A stretch of DNA of 64,000 nt from Klebsormidium nitens. Taxonomy: Eukaryota > Plantae > Klebsormidiophyceae. Position 1 is the stretch's first letter; the number at the start of each line of letters is the position of its first letter. This document shows positions 50,129 to 62,700 of this stretch, piece by piece. The DNA lies in contig DF237006.1 of the NCBI GenBank assembly GCA_000708835.1, positions 201,210-265,209 of the forward strand, read 5' to 3'. The position numbers and the translations under genes are program-made. The notes below the pieces were generated by a model. That model was not told the origin of the DNA, did no database searches, and saw only the letters and a program-made list of their open reading frames with translations.

Positions 50129-53055
50129 TCAAACGTAAGCAAAGCGTTGGAGGTGGCAAAACGAGTGGAGCGCCTCTCTCTCCCGGGCATTGCTCGCAAG
50201 TATTGCCTTGAACGGCCGCATCACCGGAGGCAGGAGCATGTTGCAGCGCGGGTCGTGCGCGAGCACCTTACCGCAAGCACTGGAAACGTGAAAGTAAGGC
50301 CGAGTTAAGAGTCCGCAAAAGATTGCCCTCAACTTTACCCCCCGGTTTTACGGACTTTCACAAGGGTTATCAGCGGATTAGCACGTGCCCACGCTGGCTT
50401 CATCAAGTCCCAGAGGGCGACCCCACAGGTCGGGCGCAGGAGAATTGAAGGCACTTCTTCCATACTTTATTGTCAAGTCTGATGGGATGCACAATTCGAG
50501 CGGAAGGAACTTGTCAAGATTCGCCGTGTTTTCCTCTCAGGAAACCTGGAGTTACGAGAAGCTGCCGTTGAAAAAGACTAGTTGTCAAATAGACAGGCAA
50601 CGATCCAAAATACTCAAGATCCGGTCAGAGTTCGTCGACCGACTGAGGTTCGGCCACCCTTTTTCAAGTACGAAACGGTTCAAGTACCCTGTGTCCTTCT
50701 TTCCATCTTTTCCCCGTCAGATTAGAAAGAGACGATTGTGTCTCGAGTGCCACAGGGAAGCGGGCCGCTGAGAAGTTTTGCAGGAGACGAGTTAAACACG
50801 AGCTGCCGCTTGAGACTCACTTGCAGCGTTGTGTAAAGAGACTCCTGTAGCTGGCCAGCCAGACCTGCACACGAGTCAGCCACGATACGATTATGATCCT
50901 TTTCGCGACATCTCAACGAGGTGGTCTAGGTGTGAATATTGCCCCGCATCAATTGGCAGAATCCCGACCAGTTCTGCAAACGGGCGTCACCAGAAACGTT
51001 CTCAAACAGAGCTTTTCCTGGCGCCTTCAGTGCGGTTGCACTAACCGAACCGCTCTGAAGTGAAATTGCAAGCGCCACCAGATCAAGATGTCCTTCAGAA
51101 CAGATGTGACGAAAAGTGACAGCCCCAGGCGACCTCCGTAGGCGATCAGGCGGCTGCTCACCAAGAATCGTTCCAAGGCGGTTTCTGGACGTTGGGACTT
51201 GAAGTGAAAGAGAGCACTCGTGGCAATGTTCTGCAGCAGAGGGGAGGGATCAGTCCGATATGGTACGTAAGATTGAACTTTCTGTTTGCGCATGCCCTGC
51301 AACTTGCTTCGGAATGCAGCAGGCTGAAAAGAGCAGGCATTGGCATGCCAGATTGCTACACCCCAGTTGTTGTGCAGTTTCTTGCTCTAAAGTCTCATCT
51401 CGTCGGGAGACGGGAACAACAAATGGAGTGTTAATAGATACCTCGAGAAACTCTCGTACCCTCAAAGATTCTCGAGAAGACCCATCGGCACAAGTTGGAA
51501 AGAGCTTGCAATTCACGAAGTTAAAAAGTCGAAAGTGAAGTGAAACTCGTCCACTTTTGACCCCTACCTGACCTTCAAACTTGCCTGATCCACTCGAGGG
51601 GAAGAGATCAGAAAAGGGTGATTTCACTGGAAATGGCTCAGCGAAAACTCACCGTCACGTCTTGAAAAACGTTGTGACCTGCCCGAGTATGATGCGCAGT
51701 TGCCTACAAGAAAGTCATGATGGCTCTTATGTCTCAGCATTGAAATAGACACGGTCTAGGTCCGCAACTCAGCCTTCCACCACACGAGCTATAAGTCTAA
51801 AAGACTCTGAGAAACTGCAATAGGAAACACACGTGATGCAAGCAACCTTGTTGCATCGACTCAAAGTCTTGGCGGTGAAGATATAGCTCTTTTTCATGGT
51901 TTCAAAGTCCACCGGCAGAAATAGTCAGACTGCTCCGAGCACCTGCGTAGCCTCTGTCACAGAGACGGTTGTCGCCTGCCCCTCTTTTGAGACCCCAAGT
52001 GTGGCACGCAGCACCCCTGGAAGCAGGCATCGTAGAGAGGCCGGCCGCTCCTCAAATACCCCCCCCTTCCCCTCTCCCTCATCTGAACCCCCCACCGCAG
52101 ACCCTCCCCCTGAACTGTGCCAAAGCACCTTTCCAGTCTCGCCGACCAGTTCCATCTCCATCCACCCCGCCACCTTTTGCACCCGCTCTAGCTGCTCAAT
52201 TTTCGAATTGTCTCGAGCTGGCTCTTCACCTTCGAGCACCCCATTCTCCCTCAGTAGTTGCAAAACCCCGGAGACTCTGTCCGGATCTGCGGCGCTCAGG
52301 CCCTTCATGACTTTGTCGATCTCCCACACGGTCTCCCGGTCATCCTCAAACCGCTGTCTCAATTGCAGGTGCACCTTCCGCAGCGCCGCTTGCACATTGT
52401 CCAACTCATCCTTTGCCTTTCTCTCCGCAACTAGAGCGTCCCATTCCCGTGCCGCAAACTCCCCGTCTGGCTCTGCTTTAGCGCCCCCCACGGTGCTGGG
52501 CAGAAACGAAACCCCCGCTTCTGTGAGCTCCCTCCCAAGCCCCGCTAGCTCCGCCAATGCAGCCTCCACTTTGCTGATGACAAGCGACACGGGCGTGACC
52601 TCAGCATCATCCTCCGTGCTGACATCAGCCTGTTCGGGCTGCTTATTTTCTTCCGCGCTTGCAATTCTGGCTCGTTTGACAGCTGTCGCGTCGTCCAACA
52701 AACTTAAAGCCCTCTTCCGACCACTGCCAGGTGGCTCTTTCACGAGAGGGCCAGCTGGCGTTGATGTCATCCGGGCGGTCTCTCGCAGTGCGGCTATCAG
52801 ATCCTCAGCGCCCTTCCGCACCTCAGAGATGAGTTTGTCCGCTTGATCTAACTTTGACAAGGTGACCTCTCTTGAAAGTGCTTTCTCGACAGGTGGCGCA
52901 CCATCGTCGGAGGGCTTTCCGTCCTGGCCTGGGGAGCTGTAAAGAAGGCCTGGAGAGTGCATTAAGACATCCATCGACGGGAGGGGTGACATAGGAGGGA
53001 AGGGGGTGGATATCCCAGGGGTTCTAATGGAGGGCCCTGCAGATTGGTCAGCCAT
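50129..53055 (-). CDS. MED27: Mediator of RNA polymerase II transcription subunit 27, about 475 aa
   Basis: Exons 51943-53055 (LSKLDQADKLISEVRKGAEDLIAAL; LRCLLPGVLRATL), 51653-51703 (HNVFQDVT), 51162-51230 (IATSALFHF..ALERFL), 50821-50864 (VWLASYRSLFTQRC) and 50129-50279 (NACGKVLAHD..LLPPVMR..EALHSFC*). The C-terminal C2HC zinc-finger signature resembles plant MED27. Confidence 0.85.
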
Positions 53056-53761
53056 TCTGGAAATCTGGTTGGAACAGTTAAGGATACCCAAGCAAAGTTG
53101 CAAATTGAAGAGCCAGTCGAACACTGTCACCACCTCCTGATACTTTCCACCCCCATACCAGCTGTTTCTTGCCTCTAGGACAGCCACATCAGGTCCGATT
53201 GCCCTTCTCATGCCCAGACAAGGAAAGAAGGAGAAAAATGTGCGACCTTCAGGCTTCAAGTTCAGGTCCCTGTTGAACTCTGCAACTTGCAAGCAGAATG
53301 ACAATTGGCGGCAGCATGCATTTCCTTTGAATATCCAGCAATTTTCGCTCCCAACAGCCAGAATGGTCGCCGCAAACACCTGACACACAAGCGCCGTCGC
53401 CAGAACCGGCATGTGGAGGACTTGGACGAGTTTTAACTTGAGAGTCAACGTCCTCGGTCTCATTAATATTGTCATTGAAGAGAACTGCCCCTGCTAAAAC
53501 GGTATGACGGTTCAAGATGCCAGGCTCCTATTGCGGCCGCAAGCAAAATGCCCTCTGAATTCAACTTGAACGCTCGGACTGAGGATGCTGTCCTTGGCCT
53601 CAGGCTTGGGCACATTTGGAAAACTCTTGAGCTTTCAGGCAAGAATGGTTAGTCTTACATTATAGGAGAGCTGTTGTCAAGCTGGCTGCTGACCAAAGAT
53701 GCTCACATTCTGGCACTAGGATCTTCGAGCGGTCCCGAAAAGGACGGCCGCCCGCTGCGGT

Positions 53762-56700
53762 ATGGCATCAGCGAATGCGCTCTTCTGTACTGGCCACGAG
53801 GAGGGTTGCTTTATGAGCAAGGGACATGACGCGCAGAGAAGGGAGCAGATCGAAGCCAGACTGGGATTCTGCCTTAGGCGATGCTGGCCCTTGCATCGCA
53901 GCACCGCACCCGGGACCTCCTGCAGGACTGGCCGGCTCCAAAGCCGCTGCAATGCAGGCTCACAGGTCTTCAACCGAGGGGGAAAAGCAGCTGAGCAATT
54001 ATCGAGTGGACTTTTTAAGCAATATGACAGAGACTCACGGAAGAAAAGGAGTGGTACTGTGTCTGCTTCTGTTGATGCATTTGGAGCTGACGACAGTGGG
54101 GAGGAGACGAAGGGGGGCAGCGTGAGAGGGACTAGGCAGAGGGCAGCCAAGAGGGGAGTGCAGAGCAGTGCGAGGGAGGAATACAAGGCCAGAATGACAG
54201 CAGCACTGGATGCCGAGCTGGTGAGTCCAATCAGAAGCTGCCAGCTCTCCAATTGGGTGTGTGTTTGTTGAACAGATATGGCTTTTGAGATGTTCTTTGC
54301 TTATGTTGCACTGGGCGCACATAGAAGCCTACGACACAGGCTTCATGTGTCGGCCCCTGAGTTGCGGAGTGGCAAAAGTAGATGGATGATTCAACTGTGA
54401 TGAATGAATCTAATGGGGAGACGTTTTGCTGGAAAGTGAAGCCCTCCTGGAGGGCAACGTCCTTGGCACACTGACACCTGGCCGACGCAAAAGCCCCCAT
54501 GGATTCTGGTTGAAAGAGGATCCGATCAATTTGGTCAGATCTGATTGACTTCCTCATTCTCTCGTGAACTTTGACTTCTGACAGGTAGTAGTCAAGTTAG
54601 GTGCTCCGTCTCCTTCAAGTTAGCACTGTTTCAGTCTTTCGGATTCCAGCCCGCATATCGCTCTGCGGGGAAGACATGTCCAAGCATCTACGGCTTGGAC
54701 TCAAGCCTTACTTGATACATACCTCAAACCCATCTTGAAGCTGGTATAGATTAGGAGAGCGCAATTCTTACTCTTCTTGATCCGGCAGGTCGACATATTC
54801 GTGAGACCGGTAGCTGTAACTCGCCCCTCCGAGAGGAGAGTTTTACATAACCAATAATTAGGCTCTTCTTCGTCTCTAACCTGCACGTCTAAACCTGCCT
54901 CGCGATTTGCAGGACCAACCTGCATCCCTCCAGCCTAAACGCTTGTTGAAACCCCTGTGATTGCAGAAAGAAGAGATGGCAGCCTTTGAGAAGCGCATCA
55001 AGGAATGGACCCCGTCCCAGCTGGCTGAGCAGGGTTACGCCCTTTTCGGATTAGTCGCCAAACCCGACGGTTACCTGTTCAGGGAGCGGATCTTCCGCTT
55101 TGCCAACCCTGTAGGGGACGGGCTCTTGCCTTCCCAGCACCAGTTTACTCAGGTGGGCGAATGCAGACGCGCTTTCTAAATGCATCCAAAGTCTTTGGCA
55201 TTTGCATACAGCTGCTCTCGACAAACCCCCTAGTTCCCGTGAAGAAATATATGATGGAGTTTAGAGATTCAGTTGCTGAGAGAAGCACACTAGCTTAGTT
55301 GACACAAGTTTTAGGGGAGGGGTCGAAAAGAGGTGTAAACGGTTTGACTCTGAGAAATATCTACAGTCTCATCATGTCGTTTTTCTTCCAAGTCCCTTCC
55401 TGCAGTCTTCACGACCCAGATAAGCAGCGCTTTTACCAATTCTGATTCCTCTCATGACGGCCGAACTATACTTTGCGCTTGAAGCAAACCCTGCAAGATT
55501 TGAAAGTGATCACCAAGCAGGACACAAGAGCAGGAACAAAGTCACATTTGCTCAGTGAAGGCAGACACCGGCCTGTTCAACGAGGAATAGAACTCGTTGT
55601 ATGTGATGAATGAAGCCTCTTTTGTTGTTAGGAACATCGCCACAGGGCGCTGAGCCAAGGTTATGCTGAAGTCCGCTCGTTTCTGCGCAGGGGGACATAG
55701 CGCGAATCAGCGTCGGGGGCCCCTCCATTTTCGAAGATGGGGATGCCATCGAGGGCGTCGTGCTGGAAAGAGCACGAAGGTCAGTCGTTACGCAATTACA
55801 GAGCCCCCTGGTTCCCGTCTTGGATATTGTCGTGTCTGCCAATGGTCCCCACGTGTGCCGAAGTAAGAAGAACCGTACTTGCAAGTTTCTGCAACCCTGT
55901 GATGCAAGTCTTTGGCCAAGTCTTTACCCACGCTTCTGCAGAACCGAGGCAATCTAAAAATTCTTGCTTTTGGTTTCGTGCCTGGAACGGAGCTCGGAAA
56001 GCTCCGATATGGAGCCAGCAGGAAAGGAAGATATGTAATGCAAGGCAACTCTGAATAGGAGTCGAGGAGAGAAATGAGTTTCGCTACGGAGAACGACAAA
56101 AGCACCTAAGGTGCAAGTCTGCTTCTCGAGTGCAGTCAGGTCGCTGTGTTGAAAAGGTGACGGCACACTTTTGGCGTTTATCCGTTGCGCTAGTCTGACG
56201 CCAACCTCCCGACAACACAAAAGAACCTCTGCACACAAAATTCATACAGGTACTTGCGCCTGGTGTTGCCGGTACGTACCGCCTCGGAGCTGGACCTCAC
56301 GAAGCAGTACCGGCTCGACCTGTCCGCAAACCAGGTGGCGTATGAGAGGGCCGTTGCGGCGCTCGAGGCGTTTGCGTCTAGCTCGGGCGATCCAGGTTGG
56401 GACGTCAACACCAGCTTTTTCCGTTTTCGTTACGCGCCTATGCTCCTGCCTTTTAGCAAGGTGGCTTTTGTCGAGGGCATCACAAGACGGTCGTCGTGCG
56501 TTTCTGCCTGGCTTACTCCTTCTTCTGGCGCGTTGCTACTCCTCGATTGTAGCAACGGAACGAAATACGTGGAACTTCTCAGCCGCTCCTTGACCACGAC
56601 GAAGAGTCAGTGGGTGATTGCCCTGAGCGTGTGCGCACGTGCCTGGGCAGATCGGGGGAAGTCGCTCTGGCAAATCTGTACGAGTCCTGCATAGACATTA

Positions 56701-59700
56701 GTACCGTTGCACGGAAAGTCCTTTGTTCAGTTTTTTAGCCAGCCAACACGGGGCCACATGATCTGACAGCTCCCGAGTGCGAAATGAGTCATCACGGTCT
56801 CTTCTCCGCCTCTGTTTACGTAAGTTTGTCGACTTCTGGACGTGGAAGGTTGGCTCTCATCAAAGCGAAGTAACAGGAGTTCTTGCTAACCCGGTTCACC
56901 TGGACTTCTCGCAGTACCGCTCACTCGAGTTGCTCGGGACTCGAAAGCCAACGGCGACAACAGCGTCACGAAAAAGAAAGCCGAAAAGACACCGAAAGTC
57001 AAGGGCAAAGACGGCAAGAAGAACGGCGGCAGAGAAAGCACGAACACCGCCTACGGCCAGGGCCTTCACACCCTGCGCTTCGCCCTGCTTTGGCAGGGTG
57101 TGAAAACCCTCCAGGCGCAGGTTTTGCAAACGGGGGGTGCCGTAGACAGCGCGGGAGAGACCCCCGAAAAGATGGCGGCCAAGGCACCCCCCTGGGCCAG
57201 CGGGAAAGAGCTGGGGAGTTTGAAAGGGGGGGTCAGGAAACAGCTGGCGAAACTCGAAGAAAGAGGGGGGGTGAATAAGAGCCAGGCAAAGGCGATTGAG
57301 GCGGCGATGACGCGGCGGCTGACGCTTTGGCAGGGGCCCCCAGGTGACGTCATCTTCCAGCGGCGTGTATTTGAAATGTTGAGGCGCGAACCAGGCTCTG
57401 CCAAGCTTGCCGTGAACTCGGTTGCCCTTTCTTTCAATCAACGGAGGGAGAAGGCATGATAGAATTGAATCCCTTCTGAAGGAGGAGACAATTTTGTACT
57501 GGCGCTGTGCTTTCTTCGCGCTTGTCAGCAGATCAATGGACAAGAAGTCTTTCGCGGCCTGTGTGATTTCCTTCCCGGAATTTAGGAATCCCCGCGCTCT
57601 GCTCCGCTTCGTCTTCATCGACTCGAATAGCAAGAAGCTGGAAGTCTTCCATTTCGTGGAGTCCTCTCTGCAAGAATGTGAGATGCCAGGGCGCAGTGAC
57701 CCTCACAAGTGGAAGCTGTACGCGCACCCAAGAGAAGCGCGAGCGTACGCGCTCTTTTGACGTTCGCAAGCGTAGCCACTTGTTTTCTCAACACAATTCT
57801 GTCTATTCCTCTGCAGGTACGGGCAAGACACGAACGCTGCTCCACTTCTTGCTGCTCTCCACCAGGCTGCTCGCGCGGGAGCACAAGCCCATCCTGGCGT
57901 GCGCGGACAGGCACGTGGCCATTCGCTGACGGAAAAACTTTTAGGCCTGCGTCGATGCAAATGACCGCTTCTGCTCGCACTACTTTCCAGAATCTTGAGC
58001 GCACTGCTTGTCAAATCTTGAGACTAAGCACTCTTTCTACAGCTTCGTGAAAGCGCAATCAATACCGTGAATAAGTTCCCGCCAAAGCGGTCGCTTTCGA
58101 AGGCGTTGTATCGCTTTGAAATGTCACGACGGGATTCTGACAATCTCTCGCCCTTGCAGCAACATCGCTGTGGATAACCTGTTGGAAGGGCTCTTGGAGC
58201 TGGGGTTGAAGGTCGTGCGGATAGGGCAGCCGGTTAAGGTGAGAGACTGCGCTTTCGAACCCGTTGCACAGCGTTTTGTCAAGTGTGAACTCGTTAGATT
58301 GCAAGCAACCACTGCTCTTGACCAGGGTCTAGGGGGTCGGGGCCTCTAGGCCGCAGGAACAATCAGGGTGTGTCTTGCGACCCCCCTTTTATGGAAACTG
58401 TGAATCGATGGGTCGTTGGCTCGGGTGAAGTCCGGCCCTCTCGTCGAGACTGCAAGCAACCACAGACTTCCCGCTATAGGACTTGTCAATCGTGGGAGCC
58501 AAAGAATCTGCAAGCAAGCAAAGGAACAACTCTTCATAATCAGCGCTTCCATACGTTTCCAAAGAAGAATGGGTCCAGAAATGCGCTTCCAGGAAGTCGG
58601 ATTGGGTATTTTGGTATGCGCAGGTTCTTCTCGAAATCCTCCGTTGTGCGCTTTTGCAGGTGAAAGCTACTCTGCGGCACGCAACTCTGGAGGCCTTGAT
58701 TGCGGACCATCCCCAGATGGCACGTGCCGCCTCTCTGCGCGGCCAATCAGTGACCGCCAGCGCGGAGGCACGTGGCAGCCGCAGCTGGTCCAAGGAACGT
58801 CAGCAGAGGGGGGACGCCGCGATGAAGGCGTGGCGAGCATCGGAGGACGCAGAGGCGATTGCGATCAAAGAGGTGACCTTTTCACTCCATTTCCGTCGAG
58901 TACATTGGGTTGTTTTCGGGGTAGTTGCACTTCCGCTTGTTGAATCTACACTTTTGACGCGAAAGAAGGACTTGCAACGGAGCATAAGCGCGTCGGAGGA
59001 TGCGGCGACGATTGCAATCAAAGAGGTCAGCGCTTCGGCGAGCGGACTGTCGGAAGGTCCTGAGAGCTTTCGGAAAAAGGAAAGAGAGTTGACGCGGAAA
59101 CGAATCTGATGAATAGGCTCTCGCGCCGCAAGCGATAGTCCAATGCAACCAGTTGCTTCTCCCTGAGTGTTATTCGAAATTATGATGGGCAATCTGACGA
59201 AAGGGCCATTGTCATGACTGGAGGCATATCCTCAAAAGCAACGGGCACTCTGCGAGACAAGTCGCAGTGCCTCTTTTGCTCTGCCCTCTCCCATTTCACA
59301 GTCAAAGCTTTTACCTGCGGACGAGAGTCCAGCTCCCTCAAGGCAGTTGCAAAACAGGCGGCCCATAGCGCAGTGCGTAACGTCCGCCTCCGTCAATGAT
59401 TTCCGTTCTCTACAGGTTTTGGACGACGCTGACGTCATCGTGGCGACATGCATCGGGGCGGGGGATCCCGTGCTGGAGGGCCGGACCTTCCGGGTGTGCG
59501 TCATAGACGAGGCGACGCAGGTGCGTTTTCGGACGGTTGTAAACACGCTCTTTGCTTCAACCGTTGAAACCACACGGAAAGACACCAGAATCGTAACCAG
59601 ACGTTTGATATGCAAGTCTCAACGGTGTCGTTACCGCCAGGTGGAACTAACTTACAGGCAGCTATTGCTGACTCGACCGGTGGAGAAAACTTTACTACGC

Positions 59701-62700
59701 CATGCGCGAAGGTAAACGCGGAAGCCATGCGTGACGGCATCCAGCCACTTCGAAATCAATCGACTCCGATCTTTCTTACTTTTTAGAGAGGCTCACGGAA
59801 ATGTTGGCAAGAGGTTGATACAGCGGAAGGAGAGAATTAAAAGATCCGTCCCTCCCAACGGCTAAGCCCTCGAACCGCTGCAGGCCCTTCCTTTGTCACT
59901 TGGACGGCTCCAGTCCGATCACCGCAGCTTTATTGCAAGTCTCGATTCCACGTTAAAGTTGAGCCAGATTGAGAGACTGTGGAACCGGGAGGGCGCACCT
60001 AAAGTGAACCCCTAGACACAGACTCACGCGCTCCGCACCCATACCCCAAACTAAGCCCAACCGTTCCCTGGGCACTGACCTACCTCGACCTGGCTGCACC
60101 TCAACCTGAAAACGAGACTACGAGGTGTATTTGTAGGTGCCCGGGCACACCTTCAAGAAGTTTGCTGAATTCTTCGTGTTGTTAACCCCAAAGGCTAACC
60201 CTGAAATTTGCTGCAGGCGACGCAGCCGTCATCTTTGGTACCGTTAGTGGGCGGTGCCGACAACGTGGTTCTGGTGGGCGATCAGAAACAGCTGCCCCCG
60301 ACGGTCATCTCGCTCGAGGCCGCCAAGGTACGGAATTATATCCTTGGGACTGAAACACGATCCCATAATCCGCCTTTTCAAGTTGAGACGTTGGCTGATG
60401 TCATATCTGCGGAATACTTTTTCTCTTTTTCGACTGTTGCTCCCAACGGTCAGCTCGCTTGAGGCCGCCAAGGTACGGAATGCATGTTTCTGTGACTGGA
60501 ACACAAGCCGTTAACCCGCTGATCGTGTTAGGACGTTGACTAATATTACGGTTTCAACAGCTGCCCCCGACAGTCATCTCGCTCGAGGCCGCCGAAATAG
60601 CGACTCCGAACTCCTTTTCACGAAATTCAGCACCGTTGATCTGCCCACGTTTGCTGCGCAAAGCTACAGAACTTCTCGTTAATCTCTCCCACTCGTTGCT
60701 GGCGTTCTTCCGCTATCTCTTTGCCAGTACAAAGGTTCTGTGCTTTCAAGAGTGATTCAGCTTACCTGAGTTCTGGACACGTTTTTGAGCGCGATTGTAA
60801 CGTTCGCTTCAGAGCCTGTCCTACGGGCTTTGGCAAGTAAAGCGAGAGTTTTCGCAGGTCTGAGGCAAGACTATTCCGGATTGTTCTGCAACAGATCCAA
60901 AGCGTGTTCAACGGAAAGTTTTTCGCCTGAGAGCTCAATGTGCTTCATTCCCGCCGGCTGTCAAATGACGCACCATCCGTCCTTTCTGCTGTTGCGGCGT
61001 ATCGCTTATAGCGATACACATCGCCTATAGCAATCGCTTACGCACCATGTCTCCATGACCCACCTCTGTGACCCGTGTTCACACTCGCAGGCCGGCCTAG
61101 AGGTGAGCCTCTTCGAGGAGCTCCAGAGGAGCGGTGTGAAAACTTTCCTGCTGGACACGCAGTACCGGATGCACCCCGCGCTGGCCGCTTTCCCGTCGCA
61201 GCACTTTTACGACGGCCGGCTGACGTCATTCCCGACGCCCGAAGACCGGCCGGCACCGAAAAGGTGACTTTTTCCTCACGAATTGCGTTCCACTTACGGA
61301 TTTTGCGCTGCGTTAAAGGCGTGGCTTCCTCGTAAGGCGGATGGCATGACTCACCTTGCATCCAGTAGGAAGAATCCTGATCCCTTTGCTCTTTGCGCTA
61401 ACGACCGCCCTCCACCCAGATTTGACGGCACTGTGAGGTGTCCGGATACTGGCTATGAAGTTTCAGCTAGCGTTCACGTCTTTTGTCGACTTTGTGAAAT
61501 TTCCACTCTCGACTTTTCAAGCAAATTGCCAGCTTCGCGGAGAAACGCACATAAATTTGTCGCGTCCTCTTCGCAGGTTTGCGTGGCCGGACGCCAGCCG
61601 CCCGATCGCGTTCCTTGACTGCAGCGACGGCAGGGAAGAGATCAGCGGGGAGAACTCCCGCATGAACCAAGCCGAAGCTAGCATGGTAAGCAACAAACCT
61701 GCAGCTCGAGAACGTACACCAACCTGCTTAGGACGCTTGAAGTCTTCAATCTTTTCTGGCTGCTTAATCAGCTGCTTCGTTCGGGCTGCCTGCATCTTGT
61801 GCCTTCCCTTACCATTACCTGCCTGTCCTGTAAGATGGATGAACGCTTCCACTGGAATATGGATGATCATATCCAAAAAAACTCCAAGCAGGGGCGTTTC
61901 TGCTGGTGACGTGCTGACAGCAGCTCTGCCTACTCGTTCTCTGCCGCTTCCGCTGCCGTCTTCTTCTCTTCTTCTCGTGATGTGTTGCGGCCAGCCGATC
62001 AACACAGGATACAAATCTGACAACGATTCCAAGCTCCGCAAGCCTTCATATTCTCGATTCCAGACTTACCTGCCCGCCCTGCGATGCAGGTAGTCAAGAC
62101 GGTAACGGAGCTCCTTCAAGGGGGCGACCTACCGTCCGCAGAGGCCATTGGAGTGATTGCACCGTACAGCGGACAGGTACGTGACAAAAGCAGACGACTC
62201 CGACTTTGACCCTCTCGGGGCTGTCTTCGCTCTGCTGGAATCTTGGCTTCGACTCTGTATTTAAATCTAGTATTAAACACTAGAGATTAAATCACATTTT
62301 TGACTCGCTGGATACTCAGAAGACAGCCCAGATCATAACACAAACAGACGCCTCGACAGAGAGATTTACGAAAATGCCGATTATTTTTCAAGTCCATTTT
62401 GGATGATCGAGACTAAGATCGAACGGGAGTCTTGGCTGCAGGTCCGATTGCTGCAAGACCTTTTCTTCTCGCCGCCCAACACGAGCGGCGCCGCCCGTCG
62501 AATGTTTGACGGGTTAGAGGTAAAGACCGTCGACGGTTTCCAGGGCCGCGAAAAGGAGGTGGGTAGAGTCTCGCTATTCTCGAAAGCTCGCTCAACGATC
62601 AGGGTTCGGGCGCTTTGCTGCACGCCTCGCGAAGAAAGAAGCTCTTACATTTGGTTCTGGGACCGCTTCTTCCCTGTCCTAATGCGTGCCTCACAAGAAC

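Noticed and set aside
51896-52846. Long antisense ORFs over GC-rich exons (also 20115-20468, 29922-30386, 56896-57633)
   Set aside because: Shadow ORFs of real coding exons on the opposite strand.
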